A DNA stretch of 16,401 nt from Octopus sinensis (Eukaryota), in NCBI RefSeq assembly GCF_006345805.1, contig NW_021825201.1, positions 1 to 16,401 of the forward strand, given 5' to 3'. Every line of letters starts with the position of its first letter. Within the stretch, counting starts at the first letter, position 1. The translations under genes were made by a program, and so were the position numbers. The notes beneath the pieces are model-generated. The model was not told the DNA's origin. It worked only from the letters and a program-made list of their open reading frames with translations, and did not search any database. Below, piece by piece: positions 1 through 10,160 of the stretch.

Positions 1-62
1 ATGCGCACATAAGATATACATTCATTCATGTTTGTATGTGTCCATTAGGTTATAGTATATTA

Positions 63-265
63 GTTTCCAATTTTGCCACAAGACCAGCAATTTCAGGTAA
101 GGGAGTAAGTCAGCTATATCAACCCCAGTGCTCAACTGGTACTTATTTTACCACCCCGAAATGATGAGTGGCAAAGTCGATCTCGGCGGCATTTGAACGT
201 AAAGGCAGATAACACGCCACTAACCATTTTGCCAGTTGCGTTAACGATTCTGTCAGCTCGCCGTC
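63..265 (-). mobile_element. tRNA-derived SINE, family A, tail type 2 (diverged)
   Basis: Reverse complement reads GGCGAGCTGACAGAATCGTTA...GTTCAAATGCCGCCGAGATCGACTTTGCC...AAAATAAGTACCAG...CTGGGGTTGAT, colinear with the copies at 1502 and 13021. Possible 9-bp TSD AGTATATTA at 54-62 and 276-284, which partly overlaps the tail. Confidence 0.8.
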
Positions 266-427
266 TTTAGTTTGGAGTATATTAACGAAAGCATTTCATT
301 TCACATAAAGGGTTTTGAAAGTAAACAGCCGGAAGAAATATTGCTAAACATTTTGATTGATGCTCTGCCCATCCACCGCTCATAAATGGTTCTAATTTAG
401 GTACATGATCAACATTTTTAAGGTGGA

Positions 428-507
428 GGTCAGTCGATTATACAGGAGTTTAATTTATCGAACTCAGAATGACGATTTGCAAAGATGACATCGGCGAGGA
501 CGTCAAA
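428..507 (-). mobile_element. Highly decayed family A SINE fragment
   Basis: AGTCGATTA...TAATTTATCGA...GCAAAGATGACATCGGCG resembles the minus-strand body at 6082-6170 (AGTCGATTA...TAATTTATCGAC...GCAAAGTCGACCTCGGCGG). Confidence 0.45.
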
Positions 508-566
508 AGTCATCGTTTATCGCTGGAGCAAGAATATTAACCACAAAATCAAAAGCAATTACAAGA

Positions 567-622
567 ACGACAGCAGCAACAGCAGCAGCAGCAGTGACAG
601 TAGAAGTAGCAGCATCAGAATC

Positions 623-652
<30 letters not shown>
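567..652 (+). repeat. Compound trinucleotide microsatellite (CAG)n grading into (TAG)n
   Basis: Read directly; explains the poly-Ser of ORF 485-721. Confidence 0.95.
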
Positions 653-656
<4 letters not shown>

Positions 657-774
657 TGAACAGCGATTCAAGAAGGATCCTACAATGGAAATTCTATGCT
701 GTTGCTCGCCCAGTAAATTAAACTCTATCAACTCCAAAACGTGGGAAGGGTTCTGTGGTTTATGTAGCTCTAAA

Positions 775-1236
775 GGAGAAGGAGAAGAAGGAAAAGAAGA
801 AGAAGAGAAGAAGAAGAAGAAATGGAAGAAGAAGAAGAAGAAAAGGAAGAAGAAGTAGAAGAAGAAAAGGAAGAAGAAAAGGAAGAAGAAGTAGAAGAAG
901 AAGCAGCAGCAGCAGCAGCAGCAGAAGAAGAAGAAGAAGAAGAAGAGAAGAAGAAGAAGAAAAGGAAGAAGAAAAGGAAGAAGAAAAGGAAGAAGAAGTA
1001 GCAGCAGAAGAAGAAGAAGAAAAGGAAGGAGAAAAGGAGAAAAGGAAGGAGAAGAAGGAGAGGAAGAAGTAGAAGAAGCAGCAGCAGCAGCAGCAGCAGA
1101 AGAAGAAGAAGAAGAAGAAGAAGAAAAGGAAGGAGAAGAAGGAGAAAAGGAAGGAGAAGAAGGAGAGGAAGAAGTAGAAGAAGCGCAGCAGCAGCAGCAG
1201 CAGCAGAAGAAGAAGAAGAAGAAGAAGAAGAAGAAG

Positions 1237-1266
<30 letters not shown>
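775..1266 (+). repeat. Compound (GAA)n/(GGA)/(GCA)n purine-rich array with higher-order duplication
   Basis: Read directly; identical 40-nt blocks at 1040-1079 and 1145-1184. Confidence 0.95.
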
Positions 1267-1267
<1 letters not shown>

Positions 1268-1501
1268 GGTGGAGGAGATATGAATATAGTAACAATATAA
1301 ATAACAACAAAAGCAAAAACACTCTAAGAAGTTAAATAATATTGAAATCATTTACGCGCTTCATTCTTTTACTTAGGAATCAAATGAAGAACACCTACCC
1401 AACACATACAATTGATATTTATACTGTTTCGAAAGCGCTGGTAAACTGGTTAAGCTATATAACATATATATTATTCTCATTCTATGTACACATATATATA
1501 A

Positions 1502-1730
1502 GGCGGCGAGCTGGCAGAAACGTTAGCAGGCCGGGCGAAATGCGTAGCCGTATTTCGCCGGCCGTTACCTTCTGAGTTCAAATTCCGCCGAGGTCGACTT
1601 TGCCTTTCATATTTTCGGGGGGGATAAATTAAGTACCAGTTACGCACTTGGGTCGATGTAATCGACTTAATCGGTTTGTCTGTCCTTGTTTGTCCCCTCT
1701 GTGTTTAGCTCCTTGTGGATAGTAAATAAA
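1502..1730 (+). mobile_element. Full-length tRNA-derived SINE, family A, tail type 1
   Basis: A-box-like TGGCAGAAACG (1512-1522), B-box-like GAGTTCAAATTCC (1574-1586), colinear and highly similar to 13021-13250. Flanked by ATATATATA at 1492-1500 and 1730-1738 (low-complexity candidate TSD). Confidence 0.88.
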
Positions 1731-1764
1731 TATATATAGATGTATGAGTCAAGTCAAGTATTTC

Positions 1765-2770
1765 TTGTTTGTTCCTTAATGACACTGGTCATATTATCAC
1801 AATTCATCTTAGAGCTTCATAGCTTCTTCATTGTTGTAATGAAGTCGAATATGATCTTGTCTTTCATATTAGATTTTAATGTCTTGTCTACCTTTAAAAT
1901 TGCTAAGTACTTGCTTTTTCTTCGTCCACTTCTCTAATAATGCACATCTTCCGGAAATTTTACTCTGTTGTTGTCTACTTTCCTTCCTTTCCACATTTCT
2001 AAAACAGTGTAAGCCACGTGAGTAGCTTGTTAGAAATTTCATACAACCTGAAAAATTCGATGAAGTTTATTTCTACAAGACCTATAAAGCTTCAAGGGGT
2101 TAATTAGTTTCAGGCTCTTCTAGAGTATGTAAGAAGTTGTCTCTTTAATAAACACCAAAGGGGTCCCGCAAAAATCATTCTCCTGATGTTAAACTGTCTA
2201 AGATCGCAAACATCTGCTATCAAATCTGTCTTCCATTTTCTCATACTATTAGTGATGTTCTCATGTGCCTCAACCACCTCCACGTATTTTAGAATCCACA
2301 AGTCAAAACCATGTCATATGCATTTATGTCATCAATCCAGGCCATTGAAAGGTTTGTCAAACTCCGGCATTTCTTAAAATTACTTGCTTTATTTACTCGT
2401 CGTTTGTTCCTTTTGATTCCTATATGCAGTTCTTCTTTTCAACTACTAGCAGTTCACATTTTAAAGGTGTTCATACTATTTTTTTTTCTGTTATTCCATA
2501 GTGGAGTTTCTGCATCATAAGTAAGAAAAAGATCTGGTGGTAGTTACAAGCCTCAGTTTCCTTTACTGGATTTTTCTGGATCAGCTCTCCTCTACTTCTG
2601 AACATCCACTGTCTTACAATTTCTTGGTACATATCGTCTTGAAGGAATTCTTGTAGCTTAGGATGCAACCATTTGTACCAAAAGCCCCGAAGTAGGCTAG
2701 AGTCAGCTGCATCCCAACAGGCCATTTAACTAACTTCATTTCGTATATCTTCCATCGCGATGCTAAGGTT
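1765..2770 (-). pseudogene. Decayed reverse transcriptase of an R4/Dong-clade non-LTR retrotransposon
   Basis: Manual minus-strand translation across frameshifts gives the ordered motifs MEDIRNEVS*MACW..GFW, WMF..ELIQKNP..NYH, NLSMAWID (2331-2354), AYDMV (2307-2321), WILK..NSMRKWKT, NIRRMIFAG (2161-2190), INPLKLY (2084-2104) and KYLAIL (1895-1912). These match the R4/Dong pattern W.APGPD..GFW / LIQK / NYRP / LSMAWIDYKKAYDMVPHSWI / SM..WKT / NIRRGIFQGD / INHLLFMDDLKL / YKYLGI. Multiple stops and frameshifts. Confidence 0.85.
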
Positions 2771-3660
2771 CTCATGCACCTGCGTGTGTCACTGAATTCC
2801 TAATATTTAAAAGATACAGGAAAATGGAAAAAGAAAAAAAAGAAAAATATTAGTCCTTAAAATACGGCGGTCGTCATTAAGCAAATTGACGAAACTATGC
2901 CGAGAGAAATGGATGTTTTCCAAAATCGATTCCGTTTCTAAATGTCATGACTTTTCTAAAAAGTATTAAAATTCCATTTCAAAATGTTATTAGCTTTACA
3001 GTTTTTATGTAGTCACGTTAACATAGATAAATATTTATTTCTGTACCTAAAGGGTTAACCGAAAGTTCAGGTTTGGTTGTTAAGACATAGCGTTAGTATT
3101 GACGCTAAAGAAATTTGATTATTCTAACTAGGTAGTTGAACTGACGTGATATGAATATAAATTCTATAATTATCAGTAGAAAATATTTGTAATCTTCTAC
3201 AATAAGCTGAAATATGTGCATTCTTTTTATTTTTTTAAATTTGTGAAAAAATCAGATCAAACTATAAAGTGATGAATATTTCAATATCTCACTTTATATT
3301 TTCTTGTTAACCCTTAGCACAAACATCTCTGTGTGGTTAAGAATTTCTTTTTATACATACATGCTTCTTCGTCCCGAACTCACGGCACGGAACGCTGGAT
3401 ACCTGATGGTGTAGCCTCGGGCAGTAACGAGACAGAGAATACAAATCATTGTCATACTATGGTAAAATTTAATCTCGGAACCAATGAGATATCACTGTCC
3501 ATGAGTTAACGAAAACTTCTGCACTAAAGTCGAATGACAGTTGTAAGTTCAAAAGCACTGTTCACAGATATATGATATAAATTTTTCACGGCACGCTATA
3601 ATTAATTCAGTGCTACTGAGTTAATTGCTGGGATCGCATACATCCTAACTACTTTACATG

Positions 3661-3739
3661 CATATGTATACATATATGTATTTACATGTATGTATGTATG
3701 TATGTATGTATGTGTGTAAGTATGCATCTATCTATCTAA

Positions 3740-3792
<53 letters not shown>
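3661..3792. repeat. (TATG)n and (TA)n microsatellites
   Basis: Read directly. Confidence 0.93.
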
Positions 3793-3793
<1 letters not shown>

Positions 3794-3797
<4 letters not shown>

Positions 3798-3966
3798 ATA
3801 AGAGGCTTCCAAATAGGAAAGCGCTGTGCTAGAACAGAAAAAAGGGATAAATTCACGAAAGGAATGAAAATTATGGTAAATGTTTTTAATTTTCATTCCT
3901 TTCGTGAATTTATCCCTTTTTTGTGTTCTAGCACAACGCATTCCTATTTGGAAGCCTTTTATTGTA
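3794..3966. mobile_element. Foldback / MITE-like element with 80-bp inverted arms
   Basis: Arms 3794-3873 and 3887-3966 are reverse complements with 4 mismatches in 80 and no indels; 13-nt spacer; TA at both termini. The inverted repeat is certain; the MITE identity is inferred. Confidence 0.75.
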
Positions 3967-4022
3967 TTTCTATATGAATATATATAGTCTAATGACTAAT
4001 TCGTTTTTTTATTACCCTATTT

Positions 4023-4025
<3 letters not shown>

Positions 4026-4087
<62 letters not shown>

Positions 4088-4112
4088 TAGATAGATAGAT
4101 AGATAGATAGAT

Positions 4113-4152
<40 letters not shown>

Positions 4153-4160
4153 TAGATATA
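4026..4160. repeat. (TA)n followed by (TAGA)n microsatellite
   Basis: Read directly. Confidence 0.95.
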
Positions 4161-4284
4161 AGATAAAAATTTACGTGGAAACTGTTGCGTGGCGTTCGAT
4201 CATTTAATAATATAAATAATATAAGTATATGCATATATACATACATATATGTACATGTCTACGTATATATGTATATATATATAT

Positions 4285-4600
4285 GCGTATATGGGCACAG
4301 GACATAAAATAACGTGAGCAGAAACAAAAACGAGAACATAAAAAACCCCACAGAGTACGAACTTTTTCGAACAACGAAAGAAATAGCGAAAAGAGACAGG
4401 CAACATAAAGAACATTCCCTTCATCAGTTGTCCCTTGTTTTATCTACTCCGCATTTCGAAGGTAGGGATAAGATACGACTTCGTTAAAACAGTCTCTCCC
4501 GCAAAGCAAATTAAATAAAATTTGGGATTTTTGCGGCGAGTTAAAGCGGTAACAAAAACAGGACAGTGAGAACCAAACGTTAAAAACAGTGAGGGATGTT
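4285..4600. mobile_element. Probable dispersed repeat, possibly derived from a Penelope-like element
   Basis: Complex island between microsatellites that resembles a repeat I recall from octopus DNA; carries CTGATGA and CGAAA motifs on the minus strand. Family assignment is weak. Confidence 0.3.
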
Positions 4601-4609
4601 AATGAAAAT

Positions 4610-4721
4610 ACATATATATCTATATACACATAAATACACACACACACACATATATATATATATAAATGTGTGTTTGTGATTATATATATACACATATATA
4701 TATACATATATATACATATAA

Positions 4722-4764
<43 letters not shown>

Positions 4765-4872
4765 TACATATATATACATATATATATATACATATAATAT
4801 ATATACATAATATATTATATATATATATATATATATACATATATAATATATATATAATATATATATATATAC

Positions 4873-4925
<53 letters not shown>

Positions 4926-4951
4926 ATAAATACATATATACGTATATATAC

Positions 4952-5009
<58 letters not shown>

Positions 5010-5058
5010 ATATTATATATATATATATATATTATATATTATATATATACATATACAC
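4610..5058. repeat. Long interrupted (TA)n/(CA)n microsatellite
   Basis: Read directly. Confidence 0.96.
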
Positions 5059-5401
5059 ACAGACACGTACAGGCAGGCTTTTAACACTGGACAGCAATCT
5101 ACGTGCTTTTGAAAATATCTGGGGCATTTACTATATTCGGTTTCCGACCTATGACCCACAGTTTAATGAAAACTTAGTGTTAATATAGAAACCTACATGT
5201 GACTATATGTATTTCTGCGACATAATACATCATCTATTCAGCTTAATATACTTCCCACTAGGGATAAAAAATGAGAACCAATATATATATATTGTTTTGT
5301 TTTTATTCGTGTGTTTAGCACATGTATTATTCAGCTTCTACCAGCAGTGTCAGGTTGCATACACCACCAGTAGTCAGCGAGCATTCTGTCTAACAATTTA
5401 C

Positions 5402-5643
5402 CTTTATAATGGTTTTTAATGGTAAAAGTATATTAGTGAAATATACCACTTTGCTTGTTAGATACATCATTCAGTCTTCTCTGGAAAAATGTCATATGTG
5501 ACTCCAGAAATGAACTTTTTGTGACATTTTGCTTTCTATGGATCAATAGATTTCAAATTATGTGCAATTCGTTCATAATCATCTATGCGATATTTTTTCC
5601 ACAATGTCCTCCCATAATACTTCAGATAGAGAAATCTGACTTG
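5402..5643 (-). other. Candidate exon (unverified)
   Basis: Minus-strand polypyrimidine tract ending TTTGCTTTTTAG| at 5644 and donor AAAG|GTAAAT at 5401. The phase-0 frame reads QVRFLYLKYYGRTLWKKYRIDDYERIAHNLKSIDP* (stop at 5536-5538). No recognised homology. Confidence 0.25.
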
Positions 5644-6037
5644 CTAAAAAGCAAATATAAAATAAAGGACAAAAAAAAAATCAGGAAAAAAATATCCACA
5701 AAGTGAATAGGGAAACAGGTCGACAGGAATACGTTCTTGTGTTTGAGAATAAACGAAACTCATTCGGACTTTGCGTTTAGAAAATAAAATTCTGCTGGGC
5801 CTTTACATATATCTTTGACGAATTGCTTTAAAATAATTTAACTCAATATGTAATGAGAGAAAGATGGGCTGTTTTCTTCGTGTAACGTAGTTCTATATAC
5901 GCAATACCCAAGAAAAAGACAAGACGCTTGCGATTACCGCACATATGATTTAACTGTAATCTGCTCAGTCAAGTTTGAGCAGGGGCCAAGTCAATCAACA
6001 ACAACGACAATATAAAAATGTAGAAATGACATCATTA

Positions 6038-6250
6038 TATGTTCTTTTCTATTCTCGGCACATTCTTTTGAGAATGTAAGCAGTCGATTAGATCGACCCC
6101 AGTACGCAACTAGTACTTAATTTATCGACCCCGAATGGATGAAAAGCAAAGTCGACCTCGGCGGAATTTGAACTCAGAACATAATAAAGACAGATGAAAT
6201 ATCGCTAAGCATTTCGACCGGCGTACTAACGTTTCTGCCTGCTCGTCACC
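6038..6250 (-). mobile_element. Family A SINE, tail type 2
   Basis: Reverse complement: GACGAGCAGGCAGAAACGTTAG...GAGTTCAAATTCCGCCGAGGTCGACTTTGC...GGGGTCGATAAATTAAGTAC...; decayed tail GTGCCGAGAATAGAAAAGAA. Confidence 0.85.
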
Positions 6251-7454
6251 TTTCTTGAATATATTGTCTTATATTAGATGTTAATAGGATTATTTATTAT
6301 GTTTATATCAGTTCGCTGTTTGTATATTGCATATATCAGACTTAATCCGTTGATTATTCTAAAACCACAACTTGGACATGGGTGACTTTGACGGAATCTA
6401 TTGTATTGTATAAATTCGAACCGCGTCTCCCGCTTTAAGAAAACTTGCCATCTTCCTCCTACTAGATTTAGAGGTTCAGAGAAGTATCACGGGTGCTACT
6501 TATGCCTCATTGACTGAGTGATAGAATAAAACTTTTCATTCTGCACATATACACCATTTTGTATAGACAAAATACATACAATCTAAAAGATTATTTAGAT
6601 TTTCTAAATTTGGCTTTTGTGTTTGTGAGAACTAGATAATATGGTAATTGGTACTAGTGAGTGTTCGTAGTCTCTATAGAAAAGAATGACAACTGTGGAA
6701 AGCGTGATGCCAGGTGCACGCTATCCTTACTGGTCAAGTCGACGTCACGTCTAGCATGATTCAAGTCCTAGTTGTGACAAAATGGGTCCTCTCTTCAGAT
6801 CCTCGATCTAGTTCAAACTCACAACTCAACACTATTACACGATACATCGCTCAAGGTTGTTATGCTAACGGCAAAACAACAAAATGTGTTACAAAGTGAA
6901 TAGTATAATTTAGATTCTTGCATTTACTTCCCATGCTTGTGTGGTGTCTTTCTACCTTGGTCTTACAGAAATAAAATTTCATTTTGTAGTTCATCTGTTC
7001 CAAGCGCTTCTTAAAGCAGACCAGTTAACTTAACAAATTTTTGGCCACGATATTTTGTCCCCATCAACAACGGCGAATCCGCGATAAATATAATAAATAT
7101 TCTTAATATGGACAGTAATTTTCCTTCGGTTCCTTAATGAAGTCAATTCACCACAAATATAGTAGAACTTAGCAGTATCTTCTTGCACGTACTGTGCTTT
7201 CCTCTATAATATGTACATAAGTCAGCTAATTGCATAATGTACAAATTATGCTATTTGCACGTACGTTGCATAACAAGCTAATATGTACAGAAATCAAGTA
7301 ATTTCGTAATATGGAAATTCCGTTACTTGCAAATAGATTGGGGTAAAAAAAATATCGTTATATATATTTAAGCAATCAATTTAGTGTACACATAAATCTG
7401 TTCGTTAATGAAATTTACAGTTTATCAAGGAGTTTATTTACAGAAAGTTATATT

Positions 7455-7510
7455 GTCTCTTTCTCTCTCTCTCTTTTCTTTCGGTTTGTCTGTCTATCTG
7501 TCTCTCTCAG
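7455..7510 (+). repeat. (CT)n/(CTGT)-rich pyrimidine tract ending in CAG
   Basis: Read directly; could serve as a 3' splice site. Confidence 0.8.
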
Positions 7511-7576
7511 ATTCTGAAAACGTATAAGAGGATGCGCAAAATGGGCATCAAATTCTTGAACAGTAGATTTGAACTA
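7511..7576 (+). other. Candidate 66-nt symmetric micro-exon (unverified)
   Basis: CTCTCTCAG| acceptor and CTA|GTAAGC donor; only phase 0 is open: ILKTYKRMRKMGIKFLNSRFEL. Confidence 0.3.
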
Positions 7577-9761
7577 GTAAGCTCTTCAGTGACTACCTTA
7601 AATTTATTTTTTTTATTAGAATGCGTAATCATTGAAATCAATGATTGCATGGAATTTATTTCTGCATTATTGTGCCAGAATAGATGTGTTAGTCCCTTAT
7701 TAACTTGTAACTAAACTATGATATAAAAATTGCATTTCTTCCATCATTAAATTGTATCTCTTCCATAATTTCTTCCCAACTTAAAACTCTATTTGCTTTC
7801 TCACCACTATTTGGTAGTATTAGGCAATGTGAGACGATACAGACGCACTGAGTATATTTTCCTAACCCACTCTTCCGCTATCAATACACAACACTCACTG
7901 TGAAACTGTATCAGATGGCACCACCTACAATTAGCGTAGCGCTGAAATATTCAGATCACTAATATATCATTCGCTCCCATTTCAGGATATATAAAACCTA
8001 TATTTTAGGTATAATAATATAATGTCTATCTCGTCCAAATTAATATCTGTTTCTCAAGGAAACAGAAAGTTTCAGTTTTATATGCGTAGGATGGTGAAAT
8101 TACGTGAAATTTGCTCAAAACTTAAATATACGTAAATAGTTTCAACGTAGCACCAAACAAGATCGTAGAATCGGTTCAGCAGGAATTAATTTCTACGACA
8201 TTAGATACAGAGAAAACTAAATGAAGTTAATCTTCAACTTGGTAACAAACAAAAAAAAAACCTCTTTATTTTACAAGATGAGAATACTATGAGGCTCATA
8301 TTTTTTTCTAATACGTACAGAGGTGCCAATAAAAGAAAGTAAAACACTTTATCTTTCTTTTTTGCACCATTTGCCTCGTGTCCATATTCAGCTTTCGTAT
8401 TGTAAGGATCCTGTAGATTAAATTTATAAACGCTGACTTCATTGACAACTTGTTGGATGCGTGCAGAATTTAAAATAAGCGATGGAATTGAATTGCATGA
8501 TGCATTCAATCCAATAGTCCGTTATTTCAGTCCATCAACAACTTTCATATCACTTTAAGACTAACATTTCATTATTTTCCATCTTGGGCCCCATCCTTAT
8601 CTACTCTTTAGTGCCGGCACTTAGAGGTTTCCTGTAAAGCCCTGATGTTTTCTGATGCCGAAGTATCTATCCTCTACTATCGAACTCATTGTATCCTCGA
8701 GTTAATTATATGCCCTACAATTTGTCTTCTGTATATGAGTCATGATTTCGCAGTTATTTTTAATACCACTCCCATCTATTTTGCTGGTTCTACCCTTCTG
8801 TTCAATTTAGCTTCCACCATGAAGGAAGGAGCTATTTACATGCAAACTAGACACTTCTCTTCAAACTTCTACATTCTCCGCACATGAACATCGATTTCTA
8901 AGATACAGTGTCATGGAATCATTTCAACAGCACAAATATACAATCACCATAAAAAGCAAGAAAATATGTTTGTCACTCGTTTTCTTTACTCATGAATACC
9001 TGAATAAAATATTTTACATTCCCTACAAATTCGAAGCCTTAAAATTGCAGGTACAGATTATTTCCAATAGAAGAGCAAATATATTTAAATAATGGAAAAT
9101 ATTTTGCTGCATATAACTTCAACATTTCCATTTGCTTATTTCATTTTCACATTCTAAGACGACTGATATATACCAGATGTTTTCTACGACACGTTATGTT
9201 GTTACTACTTTCTTTTAAATTTAAATTGGATTAAATTAGATTCCGACGGTTTATTTTTATTTACTCCCGTCTTTCTGTATATCAGGAACTACAATGACTA
9301 CAATGCACATTTATATAAGAAGTTATAACTTGATCCGACGAAGATTTGGTCACTATATGTAGCAGGTCAAATAACGATATACATGTTCCTTAACTTTATG
9401 TTTCGAGTAGTGATTCAATGAATAAAATGTTTCTCTCCTAGTGAACATACAAAAAAGCCTGTGAATATATTAAAGGTCTGTACTGCTTCAGCGAATGCAA
9501 TTTGTATGTAAGTGATTACACCTATCATAGGGGCATGGGCATTTGTAAACTACAATCGTTATGTGAATAAGAGATCTTTTATCACTGTAATTCATGTTAG
9601 TGCCTTTCTTACTGCATGTAAATACAACTGTTATTGTTTGTTACTGTGATAATATGCGGTGATTTTCTGTTTTACAATATTCGATGGAAGACTTATAGTA
9701 ATAAGTATATTAGTGGCATGAATGAGTGAGCAGAGCCTAAGTACTGTCCGAAAATAGTAGG

Positions 9762-9801
<40 letters not shown>

Positions 9802-9908
9802 ATGTATATGTATATGTATATATATATATGTGTGTGTGTTATATATATGTATATATATATATGTGTGTGTGTATATATATGAATATATGTGTTTATGTAT
9901 ATATATAT

Positions 9909-9953
<45 letters not shown>

Positions 9954-9955
9954 TT
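9762..9955. repeat. (TA)n/(TG)n compound microsatellite
   Basis: Read directly. Confidence 0.95.
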
Positions 9956-9957
9956 CT

Positions 9958-10160
9958 AAAATATCAAGAAGCAACTTGATTCCCTACTGTCTAAGATCCT
10001 AGACGAACCTAGCAAGAACCTTGGCAAGAAACTCAAGAGAGGATAGCTGTGTCGAACTCCCTCCTTCACCAAAAGTCAATCGCATAAGAATGGCCACTGA
10101 AAGGTGATAACATTGGGCACAGCCTTTGGGCTGAAACATAAGAGAATAAAGGATAAAAGA
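9958..10160 (+). mobile_element. 3' end of a 5'-truncated CR1-like LINE
   Basis: Translates as [16 protein letters not shown], then after a frameshift AVSNSLLHQK*, resembling invertebrate CR1 ORF2 C-termini (FK..LD.FLS.IPDEP...A.SNSL.HQ). Followed by the tail CACAGCCTTTGGGCTGAAAC...GATAAAAG. Confidence 0.6.

Noticed and set aside
485-1351. Long ORFs (233, 193, 105 and 78 aa) with homopolymeric runs
   Set aside because: They are translations of trinucleotide microsatellites, open in several frames on both strands.
2110-2725. ORFs 2110-2301 and 2471-2725 as independent genes
   Set aside because: They are frame-shifted pieces of the R4/Dong RT pseudogene.
6686-7100. Short ORFs near 6714-6899 and a transposase-like LRSAWN / FKKRLE stretch
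   Set aside because: No DDE motifs or TIRs; the similarity is too short.
7200-7310. Degenerate ATGTACA repeats and a GCATAAT/ATTATGC hairpin
   Set aside because: Short AT-rich matches expected by chance.
8234-8960. 91-aa minus ORF and a GLYRKP motif reminiscent of Penelope RT YRKPT
   Set aside because: No neighbouring RT motifs, stops in that frame, and no convincing splice signals.
9286-9366. Acceptor-like ATATCAG followed by a possible exon
   Set aside because: Every frame stops before a convincing donor.
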